This document shows, piece by piece, positions 50,401 through 60,548 of a stretch of DNA of 64,000 nucleotides (position 1 is the stretch's first letter; each line of letters starts with the position of its first letter). The notes under the pieces were generated by a model that ran no database searches, had not been told where the DNA came from, and saw only the letters and a list, made by a program, of their open reading frames with translations. A program made the position numbers and the translations under genes. The DNA comes from an uncultured virus (IMG/VR IMGVR_UViG_3300042864_000556) (Duplodnaviria; Heunggongvirae; Uroviricota; Caudoviricetes). The stretch lies in IMG/VR virus record IMGVR_UViG_3300042864_000556, one strand, 5' to 3'.

Positions 50401-53378
50401 GAACAATTGCACCACAGATAAAAGATGCGTTTGAGCAAGCGGGGTTGATAAAAGAATATGCAGCGTTAAAGAAATGGGCTGAATCGGGCACTACCGAAAA
50501 GAATGTATTGAACTCTGAGCAAAGCGCATTGCTAGGTAATATATTGCAGAACATAGATGAGTCCCAAGACTTTTCGGGAATAACCGTTGCAACGGGTGCG
50601 ATAAAATTGGCAAACAAAGCAAACGATATTAACTCGTTAAATCCTACGTTTAGAAAGCTAAGAGATAAAAGAAACTACACACCAATAGGATTAGCCACAG
50701 CACTATCTACAAGTAGGGAGCTAGCGAACAAACTGCAAGACATGATACTAACAAGTTGGGATTCGTTAATAGCTAAAGGTAGAAAGTTTCATGCAGAAAA
50801 AATGGGAGAGTTTAAGCGGGTAATGAAAACTGCGGGCGTAAATACTTTTAGTCAAGAAATGCGAATAGATACATTTGCGTTTATAAACCAATGGTTTACC
50901 GACCTAACAGTAGACGAGCAGGTTGCACATTTCCAAAGCAGGGTTGCGAAAAGAGCGCAAGATGCTAAATATATATTTAACCAATCAAGCAAAAACGTAG
51001 GCGAAAGAAATAGATTAGACCAAAGAAAAGCCGAAGAAACAATAAAGGCGTTAGAATCATTTGGGTTAATAGAAGACGTTGTTTTTACAGACTTAGGCAA
51101 AGGCGTAAGAGAAGTTGACTTTAAGGTAGTAGAGGGTAAAACACCAACAGACATACAAAACGCATTAACGGTAGGGGAAAGAAAAGTTTACGACCATATA
51201 AACGGGTTGTTTAACAGTATGCAAGGCAAGATTAAAAACAGCGTAATAACAGGAACTAACCAAGCATGGAGAGAAATAACAAACTACTACCCTACGTTTA
51301 CCGAAAGCATGAACTTGACGGATGACGAGGTAAAAAGCAGATTGTTATTTGCGGGTAGTATGTTTAACGTATCAAGAACAAGCGGTAACGCAAAAGCAAG
51401 GATAGACGACATAAGCAAGATAGCAAGCGAAAGAAGAACTTACAAATCGGGATTGTTTGAAACAATGAACACGGGGTTGTGGGAGAATATAATCATTGCC
51501 GAAATGCAGACCGAAAGAAACTATGTAGTGTCTTTATTTTCAGACAAGTCACCAATGAGAGGGTTGCTTGGAGATTATGATTTTAAAAAGACACGAGATG
51601 TTTTGTGGAGTAAATACACAGAAGACTTAGCATCGTTTAATATTCCCAAAGAAGAAACAACCATAGGCAGCGAGTTAGCAAAGGCTGCAAGTAATATGAT
51701 GGTTGGTTTTATTCTCAAGAACCCAACACAGTTGTATAAGCAGATTGGAGGTTATTTTGCTACGATGGTGCATTACCCTAAAGAGTCAACTATGGCGTTT
51801 AGGCTTATACAAGAACTACATGGAAGCCCACAAGCAAGAATGTTGGTAGAGAGTATGTCAACATTAGGGCGTGACCCCGTTGCGTTACAAGATATACACT
51901 CATCTGATTTCCCTGCGGATTATATACTGAACAAGAAAAAGCGAATGACAATAAAAGCAATAAGAGAAATGTCTTCGTTTGCAGATAAGTTTGGCGATAT
52001 TATTATGCCAGCGACTAAAAAGATTGTACCAAAAGCACCACAAGAGTTTAACTCTCTTATGGAATACACCGACAATATAAACAACAACTATATTGCTTGG
52101 GCGGGTTATATCCATGCGTTAATGAAACAAAAAGGCTTGAAGGATTACGCATCTGTAAGGGCTGAAATATTTAACCAAATGGCAAGCGGTTCTTTAGACA
52201 AAGAACTTATACAACAATCGGAAAGGTGGGTAGAAACAATGAATAGTGCGTCAAATAAAAGCAACTACCCTACCATACTGACTACCGAAAGGTTGACATA
52301 TTGGATGAAATCGTTTTCATTTATTACATATAATATGTATGAAGAAAACGCACTAGCAGCAAAGGAAGCTAACAACCAAGAAGAAAAAGACCACTTTAAA
52401 AGACAAGCAGCTATGTATAGAACACAAGCTATTTACTTTAGAGTGGTTAGTGCAATAACACAGCAAGCAGCAATAGAGGGATTAGTTTACTTGGTTAATT
52501 CGTTAATGACAGATGACGATGACGAAGAAAAGAAAAAAGAAGTAAGATACAAGTTAGAGGCAATGGGGTTGGGCGTTGTTGCATCGTTGTTAATGGATTT
52601 GAAATTTGCCAACAAATCTGTATGGGCTGATATATCGGCAGCAGTAATAGCAAATGCAATATGGTTAATTTATTCAGCAAACGAGAAGGATAAGCTATCG
52701 GAAACAGACCCCGACTTCGACCCGAACTCATACGCTAAAAACATAACAATCGAACCAAAAGCGGGTGGTGCGATAATGTCAGCACTTGATTTTGGCAAGA
52801 AAACGGCAGAAGAAGCTATTAAAGAATACTTGACATTGAAAAAAGCGGAAGTAAATATCCCAACGAACATCAAAGAAACCATGTTCTATATCCCTGCATT
52901 TGCAACGGGTAGTGGCACGGGAAGGATGGTTGCTGCTGCGCTTGACAAACCGCAAGACGAAACAATTAAGAAAATAGGCACTTTGGTTACTTACGGATTA
53001 AGAGGACAGCAAGTAGAAGATGCTATCGAGATACTTAAAGATGTAAAGCCCGAAGACGTTCGCAAGCATATCTTCGCATTAAGGATGGGTAAGAACTTAA
53101 AGAGTTATGTGTATATTGTAGATAAGGAGTTTTATGATACCAATGTTGGGAAGTTCCCTAAAGAAATCGGAGATAAGTTGCCTATATTGACATATCAAAC
53201 AACTAGGGATAAAACAAAACAGCAAAAGGCTAATCGCAATGCAATGTTAGAAATACAAAAAACAAAGTATATGCAAGTAAAGCCTTTTGAAGTAGACCAC
53301 TTTGACCCTAAGTTTTTCAAAGAAATGGAAGAAGAACAAGCGACACAAGAAAACACAAACGAGGGTGATGAAGATTAA
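44466..53378 (+). CDS. Giant polyvalent virion/ejection protein (ART-like and zincin-like domains)
   Basis: HGSP...GTGEGAQAFGWGLYFT...GIDGIKY...NYVVFD; STPLHELAH...SEYFARGFE. Confidence 0.75.
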   Translation: MPEFKELVKNLYTSKNRELTDDKLSYIESNYKGKEEDFVKNFYATIGEELTEEKFNYIRDTYLKKNETQLPKQSKLPSKQPLPKGTDSFSGVWTPSQPSKSASGLGGSTLKQGTPNLFKGVGEKMGGDVLSTPQPIQTEELVREDIAKADKSYYKNKTKEEAISRGYETPEELLADRMTYLTDGYLTDLDQNEYALIEAFRDAKKRGSPDADKIFSEYLDVRSKQREEFLPIQREIDSTREYLENMNKNGLLAEGVYDKEINKLEEKQKLIDNAFKPVYNPQKAMNAFVSENANEIAKVSEKGQSAHQMLGEYINALYTEKLEMQKALGLDDDKGAFSKGFEEWLLRTKDNIGVAPMGERYNLDKLYNLDLKLRSAVKLYTLNRSGVQPESTESVFAKTFAQTFVPSVQNNIPTVQQIAENVNSVIEESGIVDAVYKERDKEIKESAQPYEFLSPKWMAQNTAPSLAIMLEFIPASALSATALSKFDLGRKIMLLSEANKTNLGGRYLNKIATTRVGKGLVQSLSKGAEYGVQSSVLSTMFPEQQDEMNFVSGVLAGAGGSLATKGAKSLLNPTVASVSKIFGKATPQAANIIKEYGSRLTSNISEKAVGELTEETIENLTSLYRSTENYQEFKTKVIEQFGSLDKATEYVTSVLIMGLGMGAGSELGKSMVRKGESAYQTLTTEQKAKVDEILNEVTSEEEKLQNDLVNEELKNAGTSTIEQPIEGGTIQPITTPQADSGTIEEGVTQANLQTEIDEKAQTEEAEVSVLDSDTALPTDGVTEGEATTVQVENVPLTNEGNKLETPVSKGVEVSENVALRDVENASTVDNTIAADYLTTGGINTVISTDYLLKGIAGFFSNANSLIDNIRNKYAKELADKNLVDIKNFVGTDTYNKIISEIKEALDKTYNNNIEVQKIFDEILKFPTGMPQRVGLALESRHEKAVEELLTNKQGQSVQPTTTPALSEQETEPLPVEQTGTDVGGVTAPNVSPLEVEAATEQETADVAKKSGISPKNLKDLYNANRQLFGLSKVKSLASAIAMDRMIGAMAKRAGVTKAEMYGRLEFEKAADVSEIPFGIQNMLKFQAAMHGSPYVFPKEILVEYNDGTKEYLVGTETEFPKVPNAAKVIKKFPNGRFRLDKIGTGEGAQAFGWGLYFTDIESIARNYADKLAKGVSTQNYLHSFLLYNFGVRANVRMAEYIDGDLSSGGFERIFIDPKYFNHDIYGDFYENKNINNHLNNIKENLGKIGDVSSIKYDSKSEQIIIRFKPKTNKNLYKVSLHKGKSPSEYTWLEWDKEVPLSIGQKIEDLIIQKYNLNYADSIEEYEKGYYEEPTEDSPDDFILKNKYDGVKGDLAKFYSGAKGKDVYDSLAESFRSGKLSQEEEAYKLAYEERDANLDKKASLLLLEAGIDGIKYPAESIARGATSDTARGSNYVVFDENAVSIEEVIKFQRDAEKARGAAMVNMDGTAVIYALTDPNVSTPLHELAHVFEHYLSDTEKNTIIKNAGTKGWTTETSEYFARGFEKYLAEGKSPIESLNKVFEKFKQWLTDIYNGITNSAIDIKLNKEMRGIYDKMLGLETETVQLTPEQKEKHNRQAKDLGWDNAPQAINSINKRLGTDYKSWESIPKHVKEYVSSFRNAVEKQKTEFNVALKAAYKYLDMAVKDGTITRDEADSLANMAAKKATPKTEKKGTLAEAVGATTEINQADLKNKKITMLKAMREKFNSFFKGVRAGKKDERTVRKIEQSVAAELRKEAKAYRDSLGINMNSVPNKSKLSMAARMATIRTVGDFMRFKEYVDNIAKKADFYEKVSAARKLAKKISKINPSKLTATDKEFIAKIEFLDAKYVSDIDEYVKILNEFYDAKNNPQKYASKDIKTRLSEYLAKEQEYVDGVKEAKRIEIEEAQAEDDRLLAETAIASGTYSGTIDEFIEDLQLSRKETIDSNAEEQEAIADARDKIREAKVSGDEVNEIAVKAFFRTIAPQIKDAFEQAGLIKEYAALKKWAESGTTEKNVLNSEQSALLGNILQNIDESQDFSGITVATGAIKLANKANDINSLNPTFRKLRDKRNYTPIGLATALSTSRELANKLQDMILTSWDSLIAKGRKFHAEKMGEFKRVMKTAGVNTFSQEMRIDTFAFINQWFTDLTVDEQVAHFQSRVAKRAQDAKYIFNQSSKNVGERNRLDQRKAEETIKALESFGLIEDVVFTDLGKGVREVDFKVVEGKTPTDIQNALTVGERKVYDHINGLFNSMQGKIKNSVITGTNQAWREITNYYPTFTESMNLTDDEVKSRLLFAGSMFNVSRTSGNAKARIDDISKIASERRTYKSGLFETMNTGLWENIIIAEMQTERNYVVSLFSDKSPMRGLLGDYDFKKTRDVLWSKYTEDLASFNIPKEETTIGSELAKAASNMMVGFILKNPTQLYKQIGGYFATMVHYPKESTMAFRLIQELHGSPQARMLVESMSTLGRDPVALQDIHSSDFPADYILNKKKRMTIKAIREMSSFADKFGDIIMPATKKIVPKAPQEFNSLMEYTDNINNNYIAWAGYIHALMKQKGLKDYASVRAEIFNQMASGSLDKELIQQSERWVETMNSASNKSNYPTILTTERLTYWMKSFSFITYNMYEENALAAKEANNQEEKDHFKRQAAMYRTQAIYFRVVSAITQQAAIEGLVYLVNSLMTDDDDEEKKKEVRYKLEAMGLGVVASLLMDLKFANKSVWADISAAVIANAIWLIYSANEKDKLSETDPDFDPNSYAKNITIEPKAGGAIMSALDFGKKTAEEAIKEYLTLKKAEVNIPTNIKETMFYIPAFATGSGTGRMVAAALDKPQDETIKKIGTLVTYGLRGQQVEDAIEILKDVKPEDVRKHIFALRMGKNLKSYVYIVDKEFYDTNVGKFPKEIGDKLPILTYQTTRDKTKQQKANRNAMLEIQKTKYMQVKPFEVDHFDPKFFKEMEEEQATQENTNEGDED

Positions 53379-53396
53379 TTATACTAAATTCGCAAC

Positions 53397-54317
53397 ATGG
53401 CAATAGAACTAAAACAAAACATAGAAATAAACAATCCCGACTTAAACGTGTTGGAGTTTTACGATGTAACTGGTGCTTACTCAACTGTTAATACGGGAGG
53501 GTTTGGCAGCCCTAATATTACCTATGCAAACGTAACAAGGGCAAGAATTAAGGTAGCCCTATACCCCGCACAAGACAATCCGCAAACATTATCATCGGGT
53601 GAATCATTTGTGCAAAATGTAGAGTACATAAAAACATTAGGCGATTCAAGCACGATAGATAACAAAGTGTTTACAATTGGCGACTACTTTGTGCCACACA
53701 CAAGCGGATTAACCGTACCGACAGATGACGAATGGGAAACAACGGGTTATATCGTAATAGATATATTGCCTGCAACGTGGCTACCGAATTCAAGCAACAA
53801 TCCATTGTATGTATCTTTAAGCAACTTGCAGCAAGTAGCCGACACTATACAAGACGGAATCTATACAGTTGAATACGAAGCATACCAAAGCGTATCAGCC
53901 TTGCCACAAAGCGCAGTAAACGAGAATACTTATATAGTAATAGGAACGGGTACAGTATCTTACAATTCAAATACTTACAGAAGCGGTGAAGTGTTTACGG
54001 CTGTTAATGCTAACACTATAACAGTAGCAAGTGGTAGCGCAAGTGTAGGTAAGTTAAACGCATCCAATACAAGGGATTATATTTTAGTCCCAAACATAGA
54101 ATCTGTATTATCAGAGATGGTAGTATTAGCGACACAAAGCAGTTTGAATGTAGACGAGGATACACAAAAAGAAGCTATGTGGATGAGAATGATAGTAGAC
54201 GCTACAAAGTATCAATATTGGAGTGGTGCAATTAACTTTACTTACGCACAGACAATAATAGAACAAATAGGACAAACAGCTACAAGACTGAGGAATAGTT
54301 TGTCATTCAATATCTAA
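53397..54317 (+). CDS. Virion structural protein
   Basis: DVTGAYS.VNTGGFG; similar layout to 56797..57675. Confidence 0.6.
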   Translation: MAIELKQNIEINNPDLNVLEFYDVTGAYSTVNTGGFGSPNITYANVTRARIKVALYPAQDNPQTLSSGESFVQNVEYIKTLGDSSTIDNKVFTIGDYFVPHTSGLTVPTDDEWETTGYIVIDILPATWLPNSSNNPLYVSLSNLQQVADTIQDGIYTVEYEAYQSVSALPQSAVNENTYIVIGTGTVSYNSNTYRSGEVFTAVNANTITVASGSASVGKLNASNTRDYILVPNIESVLSEMVVLATQSSLNVDEDTQKEAMWMRMIVDATKYQYWSGAINFTYAQTIIEQIGQTATRLRNSLSFNI

Positions 54318-54336
54318 TCTGTATATTTGTAGAGTT

Positions 54337-54624
54337 ATGTACACAGAAGCACAGATAGAACAGATTTCCGAGTTATCCAAAGCAAAGTTTTTTGCAGAGG
54401 TACAAGAGAACGCTGCTCTATCACAGAATGCTTTAAACGTATATACGGGAATCAAACAATTAATCAAAGCGTCAAACATGATATTTGTATTAGAAAATGT
54501 AGGTAGTAGTGACTTGAACAAGAATAAAGCAGCATCGGAATTAAACGGTATGCGTTATACTAATGTTCAATTGCAAGACAGCTACATGGAAAACGGATAT
54601 GATGTAAACGGATATAGTTATTAG
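54337..54624 (+). CDS. Hypothetical structural-region protein
   Basis: ORF in late operon. Confidence 0.5.
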   Translation: MYTEAQIEQISELSKAKFFAEVQENAALSQNALNVYTGIKQLIKASNMIFVLENVGSSDLNKNKAASELNGMRYTNVQLQDSYMENGYDVNGYSY

Positions 54625-54626
54625 AT

Positions 54627-56621
54627 ATGGCATTAGAATTATTTACAAGGTCGGGGCAAGGTGCGGAGTTAAGCACATTACAAATAGACACCAATTGGCG
54701 TAGGATAAAAGCTGCGGTAGACACATTGCAAGCAGCCACATCGGGCGGTGTTGGAAGCGTAACAGACGTAAGCGTGAGTGCTATACCAACGGGTTTTTTT
54801 GCAAACGTAACCAACCCCGACACCACACCTTCAATAGCAATTACAACTAACCTAAATGGATTTGTAAAAGGAAATGGTAGTGGCTTTTCAGCCCAAGCGA
54901 ATATAGTCCTTACAAGTGATGTAAGTGGCGTGTTACCTTTAGGTAATGGTGGAACAAATGCTATTTCATTTACAGCATCAAGGGTTGTGGTGTCTAATGG
55001 TGGTGGTACAGCTTTGGCTTCAAGTGCAGTAACAAGCACAGAGTTGGGGTATGTAAGCGGGGTAACATCTGCAATTCAAACACAGCTAAACGCAAAAGAA
55101 GCTACGATTACTACACTACCAATAAACAAAGGTGGAACAGGCTTGGGAACAACCCCTAACAACGGACAGATACTAATAGGCAACGGAACTAACTACACTT
55201 TAGCTAACATATCTGCGGGTGCGGGTATAAGCATAACCAATGGTTCGGGAACAATAACAATAGCATCCACAGCAACATCAAGTCAATGGGTAGATTCGGG
55301 TAATAACATTTACTTTGGGAACTCAACTACGGGCAATGTAGCTATTGGAACTTCGTCATTTGTAGCGGGGTTAAATATATCAAAGAACGGAAGTAGTAGT
55401 GGTGTGGGGGTGTTGGTAACAAACATAGGGGCTAATGCTTTAGACGCAGCCTACACACAAGTAACAAATGCAGATAATTCACAAACGGTTAGGTTAGTAG
55501 CACAAGGTCAAGGTAGTACAGATAACGCTTTAGTTGGTACGTCTTCTAATACAGACTTTGACATTATTACTAATACCATACCAAGATTAAGGGTGGCTAA
55601 TAGTTATAAGATAGCTGTATTAGGTGATAACAATTCTGCATACGAAAGCACGGTAGATAGCAAGCTAACTATATTTGGTGATGACTTAGGTTCGACAGAC
55701 AACCTAACCTTAATGACGTTAATTGCGCCCGTATATGACGCTACACCGTCATCAGCAGGTATAGAGTTTGTAGGTAGGGCACCTGCAACGCCAACATCGT
55801 CATTTGGATTAGCAAGAATAAGAGCCTATGACATGGGTGGCTTTTCAGGTGACTTAGCTTTTGAAACAGACTTAGGCACTAACGACAGAAGTTTTGCGGA
55901 GCATTTAAGGATAAAGAGTGCGGGCAATATAGGAATAGGAACAACAACCCCCGAAGCTACGGCTAAACTACAAATAGCAAGTACCACACAAGGATTCTTA
56001 AAGCCCGTAATGACATCAGCGCAGTACGCAGCAATAGGAAGCAAGGCACAAGGGTTGGAAGCGTTTGATGCTACACAACAAAAACCAACGTATGTAGCGC
56101 AGTCAAGCGGACTGGTAGAGTGGGCTTCATCGGCTATATTTACGCAAACTGCAACAACAACTATTTCAAATAGCACATCGGAATTAACATTGTTTTCAAC
56201 GGGGCGTGGTAGTTTAACATTGCCCGCTAACTTTTTAACAGTAGGCAAGACATTAAAGGTAAGATTGATAGGATGGGTAAATGCATCGTCAAATCCTGAC
56301 TTGACATTAAAGCTAAAGTATGGTGCAACTAATATATCAAACGATACACACACAATGTCGTCAACAGATAACAACAGTATGTTTACTTTAGACTACTTGA
56401 TAACTTGTAGAACTGTGGGTGCATCGGGGACTGTGTTTGCACAAGGAACTGTAACGTATGAAAGAACAGACGACTTGCATCAAATATTAAATGCAAAAAC
56501 AGCAACGGTAACAATAGATACGACAGCATCAAACACTATTGATTTAACGGGGCAGTTTAGTTCAGCATCGGTAAACAACAATGTAAATATCACAAACGCA
56601 ATAGTAGAAGTAATTAATTAA
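54627..56621 (+). CDS. Tail fibre protein
   Basis: LPLGNGGT repeats, ELGYVSGVTSAIQTQLN, GNIGIGTTTP motifs. Confidence 0.8.
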   Translation: MALELFTRSGQGAELSTLQIDTNWRRIKAAVDTLQAATSGGVGSVTDVSVSAIPTGFFANVTNPDTTPSIAITTNLNGFVKGNGSGFSAQANIVLTSDVSGVLPLGNGGTNAISFTASRVVVSNGGGTALASSAVTSTELGYVSGVTSAIQTQLNAKEATITTLPINKGGTGLGTTPNNGQILIGNGTNYTLANISAGAGISITNGSGTITIASTATSSQWVDSGNNIYFGNSTTGNVAIGTSSFVAGLNISKNGSSSGVGVLVTNIGANALDAAYTQVTNADNSQTVRLVAQGQGSTDNALVGTSSNTDFDIITNTIPRLRVANSYKIAVLGDNNSAYESTVDSKLTIFGDDLGSTDNLTLMTLIAPVYDATPSSAGIEFVGRAPATPTSSFGLARIRAYDMGGFSGDLAFETDLGTNDRSFAEHLRIKSAGNIGIGTTTPEATAKLQIASTTQGFLKPVMTSAQYAAIGSKAQGLEAFDATQQKPTYVAQSSGLVEWASSAIFTQTATTTISNSTSELTLFSTGRGSLTLPANFLTVGKTLKVRLIGWVNASSNPDLTLKLKYGATNISNDTHTMSSTDNNSMFTLDYLITCRTVGASGTVFAQGTVTYERTDDLHQILNAKTATVTIDTTASNTIDLTGQFSSASVNNNVNITNAIVEVIN

Positions 56622-56630
56622 ATATATATC

Positions 56631-56819
56631 ATGGAAAAGAAAGAAAACGTAATCAAAGTAGTAGAATTGAACAACGAGTTAATTGACATCATTTATCAAA
56701 TGGGCGACATCTGTTTAAAAGCGGGTGGCAATCAAGCAATGGCGGGTGTTAACTTAATCTATTCAGTAATACAAAACGCACCAATAAAGCAAGACAATGA
56801 GCCTGAATCCAACGATTAA
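56631..56819 (+). CDS. Small protein (possible fibre chaperone)
   Basis: Directly after tail fibre. Confidence 0.45.
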   Translation: MEKKENVIKVVELNNELIDIIYQMGDICLKAGGNQAMAGVNLIYSVIQNAPIKQDNEPESND

Positions 56820-57675
56820 TTACAACAGATATGTATTAGACAATATCTACCTAACGGACATGACTGCATACCCTATCAACGGGGTGGCAATAACAGACGT
56901 GCAAAAGACAAGGTTCTTATTTGCAACGGTAGACAGTATTAATAATGCATCATCGGTAACTACATTGTTGGCAGGGGTAGAGTACGAGTTGGTGGGTACG
57001 GGAAACATAACGGTAAACGGCAGAACATTAAGTGCGGGTACTACCTTTGTGTTAATGAATGACGCAACCCCAACAATACCAACTACATTAACTATTAACC
57101 AAACGGGCTATTATACATCAGACACTACTTATTTACCAATAGACACAACAGACGCTACGTTCACGCCCTCACAAGCGGGTGACGGTAATGTGCTTTACTT
57201 TAACGATGCTGTAAGGTTTATAAGGTATGAGATTTACACCACACAGTATTCAACGGGATTGGTTACTGCAAGTTCGGGTGATAAGTTTATCGTAAAGGGA
57301 ACTGAAAGCACCGATTCAATAACCTTTAGTGGTGGAACTTATTATGTAGGTGAAGTATTTAGTAGGGGTACAAACTTTACATTTGCACAAGGGGTAAATA
57401 ACATTGGAACTTGTTATGTAGTTAAGTATAATGACGAAGTAGAGATAAGCACATGGACAGACAAGTTAGCTTATTCAACCTACCAATCGTTTGTACAAAG
57501 TGTCGCAAACAGTAATTTCTCAAACACCAACTTAATAGGAAACTACATGAAAGTATATTCATTGTTGAACTCTTTATATTTAGGTGCAGAAAGGGATGTA
57601 ACATTTGACACCCAAGCGATGCAACAATCTTTAGACACTATTAATAACCTATACGCAAACGTACCAAGATACTAA
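56797..57675 (+). CDS. Virion structural protein
   Basis: T-rich; shares Y..GEVF motif with 53397..54317. Confidence 0.6.
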   Translation: MSLNPTINYNRYVLDNIYLTDMTAYPINGVAITDVQKTRFLFATVDSINNASSVTTLLAGVEYELVGTGNITVNGRTLSAGTTFVLMNDATPTIPTTLTINQTGYYTSDTTYLPIDTTDATFTPSQAGDGNVLYFNDAVRFIRYEIYTTQYSTGLVTASSGDKFIVKGTESTDSITFSGGTYYVGEVFSRGTNFTFAQGVNNIGTCYVVKYNDEVEISTWTDKLAYSTYQSFVQSVANSNFSNTNLIGNYMKVYSLLNSLYLGAERDVTFDTQAMQQSLDTINNLYANVPRY

Positions 57676-57915
57676 TATGCCAACAAGAAACATAGCAAGG
57701 ATAAACACATTGTTAGATACAGAAAGCCAAGAGTATGTATCTAACATATCAACACTAATAAGACAGTCGGAGAACGAAGCATTTGACTTGCCTAATAATT
57801 TGTTGGTAGTGTCTTTTATGTTAGATTATGTAAGCGAAAGCGTATTAAACAACAACCCCAATTTAGAGGTTATGAATCAAGCCTTAGATTTTATCACAGT
57901 AAATAATTATATCTT

Positions 57916-58305
57916 ATGAGTTTAACTAACTTAAAAAGCCCGTTTTCAACAAGCCAATGGGATAGCATAAAGAACTACATATCAAACCAAATAGCAGCTA
58001 TATTCAATCCATCAAATACGGAGTCGGGAACAAGTGCTGTGGAGATAAATGCCACAAGTGGAGTGGCTGTATTTGACGATATAGTAGATGCAGATAGAAG
58101 TAGAATATTAACCATAAACAATTCAAACGTAACGGCAAATACTATATTGTGGGTTTCGTTAAAATACGATAATGGGAGTGGCACGGGCAAGCCATTGATT
58201 ACTAATTATTGGACACAAAATAATACTATTACAGTAGAGGTTTACAACCTAGATTCAGCAGACACCGCAAGCGATATATCAATAGCGTTTCAAATAGTAG
58301 GATAG
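57916..58305 (+). CDS. Virion structural protein
   Basis: AVEINATSGV beta-rich ORF. Confidence 0.55.
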   Translation: MSLTNLKSPFSTSQWDSIKNYISNQIAAIFNPSNTESGTSAVEINATSGVAVFDDIVDADRSRILTINNSNVTANTILWVSLKYDNGSGTGKPLITNYWTQNNTITVEVYNLDSADTASDISIAFQIVG

Positions 58306-58357
58306 CTGTTGATTTAGTCATACATTATTCATATCTTTGTCCAATATATAGGACATC

Positions 58358-58666
58358 ATGGATATTAAAGATAAAAAGATTAGAGAGTTAGAAGCTAAGA
58401 TTGCTATGCTAACTAAAGACCCAAGAGCAAAGTTCTACCAAGCATTAGAAGCGGGCGTCAATCACATTACAGAACAATTGAACAGCAAAAGGTTAGACTT
58501 TGAAACAGACACTTTTGCTAAGTCGGTATTGATACTAAGCGAAAAATCAGAGAAAGTATTTACGGGATTAACCAAAGGGATTGAAACCTTTATGCCACAA
58601 GAAGAAGCCGTTAGCAAGAAAGGTAAAAAGCCATCGGTAACAAACGAAGAACAAGTTAGCGTATAA
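58358..58666 (+). CDS. Possible terminase small subunit
   Basis: Position only: coupled upstream of TerL. Confidence 0.35.
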   Translation: MDIKDKKIRELEAKIAMLTKDPRAKFYQALEAGVNHITEQLNSKRLDFETDTFAKSVLILSEKSEKVFTGLTKGIETFMPQEEAVSKKGKKPSVTNEEQVSV

Positions 58667-60489
58667 TGGAGATAATAGACAAGTCTGCAAAGCCACCTAT
58701 ATTTATATGGGAAGGGAAGCCTTCTATATTTAAAAACAAGTTAGAAGAAGTGCGTTGGTGGGAAGAAGAAAAACGTAGATGGCTAGAGGGGTATAACGGC
58801 ATATCGGGGTTGATGTATTTTTATTGTACGCAAGTAAAGTTAAAGAATCGTGTAACGGGTGAGATAGGTTTGCCGATTGCTAGGGATGCGGAGTTGTTAA
58901 TATTTGAAGCCATAGACGAAGCAAGAAAAAAGGGGAAGGGGCTATTTATAAATAAAGGTCGAGGGATTGGATTGTCAAGTGTTATGTTTGGCATATCGTT
59001 TTATTTCTACAAGATATACCCAAACTCTAAAGTTATTGCAACAAGTAAGGATAAAACCACTTTGGCTACTTTGTTTTCGGACAAGGTAGTGACTGCACTT
59101 GATTACATGGATAAGGCTATTAAGCCCGACATCATAAACAAAAACGAAACAGCAACTTCTGCATATTTAAAAATGGGCTTTAAGTTTAAGGCGCAAGACG
59201 GGCATGAGGACTATGGTATAAGCGAATTGCTATGTAGGGATACTGCCGAATCGGAAAAAGCAGCATCAGCGTTTTCGGGTACGGGTGCTATTTATGGTGC
59301 GTTTGACGAGTTACCGCTTAACCCAAGAAGAAACAAGCTGTTACAGTCGAGTAAAGATTGTTTTATAGATCAAGTAACGGGTAGAACAACGGGGTTTTTA
59401 TTAACGGGTGGAACTATTGAGGACACACTTACGCCCGCAGACATAGCAAGTATAAGGGATTTGGTGCAAGGTAGTAAGTATATTGGATTAGACTATTTGT
59501 TTATACCATCTACATATGGTAAGCATATGACTAACGGGCATAGCGACCATGAGAAAGCAAGGGAAGAAATACTAAGGCAACGAGAGGAGTATGAAAAACT
59601 AGACGACAAAAGTTTTTACAATGCCTATGTAAAAAATCAACCGTTGTCAATTGAGGAAATCTTTGAATTGTCGGGAAGTTCGTCATGGGATGATTATGCG
59701 CTAAACAACATTAACAAAAGAGCATCGGAAATACCTAAAGAGAAGTTGTCAATAGGCACGTTCAAGATGAATGACTTAGGACACAAGGTAGAGGTAACAC
59801 CATCGGTAAACGGCAAAGTAAAGATACTAGAACACCCTAAAAAAGGCGTGAAATATATCATAGGCGTGGATGGTATTATGACATCGGAGTTAACGAGTTC
59901 AAGCAAAGACGCATCGGACTTTGCAGCGTGTGGAATGAAAGGAGTTGACCCACAAAGCGACTTGCAGTTTGCGCCCGTGTTTTTATACAAAGAACGCCCA
60001 AAAAGTATAGAGGATGCCAACAGAACCACGCTAGACTTACTAAGGTACTATAACGAATACGGCAACGCAAAGCTATTTACGGAAACCAACGCTGCGGGAG
60101 AACACCTTTTAAAGATGATACAGAACGCAGGATTGTGGGAGTGTGTAGGGTTTAGAAAGGACTTAAACAAAAGAGGTTGGGTAGATACCAAAAAAGCGGG
60201 ATTCCATAGAACAGATTCTATAAAGGATTGGCAGTATGAAGCTGCTAATGTTTACTTTAAGAAGTATTCAGAAATGATTAAGTTCTTAGAGATTATAACC
60301 GATGCCCAAAAACCTTACGAAGCCAACAAGGATACGTTAGATTCGTTTATGGCTTGCTTGTATGGTTGGGGTACGGGTGATTTGCTAAACGAAAAGATGA
60401 TACAAAAGAAAGTGATAACCATGTCCGTATGTGAATGGGATGCGGTTGCCAATAAGTACATATGGGTAGAGAAACATTTTGAGGGTTAG
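58666..60489 (+). CDS. terL: Terminase large subunit
   Basis: KGRGIGLS (Walker A), AFDE (Walker B), IIGVDG nuclease motif, ETN, DTLDS. Confidence 0.85.
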   Translation: MEIIDKSAKPPIFIWEGKPSIFKNKLEEVRWWEEEKRRWLEGYNGISGLMYFYCTQVKLKNRVTGEIGLPIARDAELLIFEAIDEARKKGKGLFINKGRGIGLSSVMFGISFYFYKIYPNSKVIATSKDKTTLATLFSDKVVTALDYMDKAIKPDIINKNETATSAYLKMGFKFKAQDGHEDYGISELLCRDTAESEKAASAFSGTGAIYGAFDELPLNPRRNKLLQSSKDCFIDQVTGRTTGFLLTGGTIEDTLTPADIASIRDLVQGSKYIGLDYLFIPSTYGKHMTNGHSDHEKAREEILRQREEYEKLDDKSFYNAYVKNQPLSIEEIFELSGSSSWDDYALNNINKRASEIPKEKLSIGTFKMNDLGHKVEVTPSVNGKVKILEHPKKGVKYIIGVDGIMTSELTSSSKDASDFAACGMKGVDPQSDLQFAPVFLYKERPKSIEDANRTTLDLLRYYNEYGNAKLFTETNAAGEHLLKMIQNAGLWECVGFRKDLNKRGWVDTKKAGFHRTDSIKDWQYEAANVYFKKYSEMIKFLEIITDAQKPYEANKDTLDSFMACLYGWGTGDLLNEKMIQKKVITMSVCEWDAVANKYIWVEKHFEG

Positions 60490-60548
60490 ATATAGGTGTT
60501 TGCAAATGTGTCTACTAATTAGTACATTTGTAATCTAATATTAGGTTA

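Noticed and set aside
44633..52882. Minus-strand ORFs within the giant gene
   Set aside because: Antisense shadows of a 2970-aa ORF
54627..56621. Diversity-generating retroelement targeting the tail fibre
   Set aside because: No reverse transcriptase and no template/variable repeat pair seen
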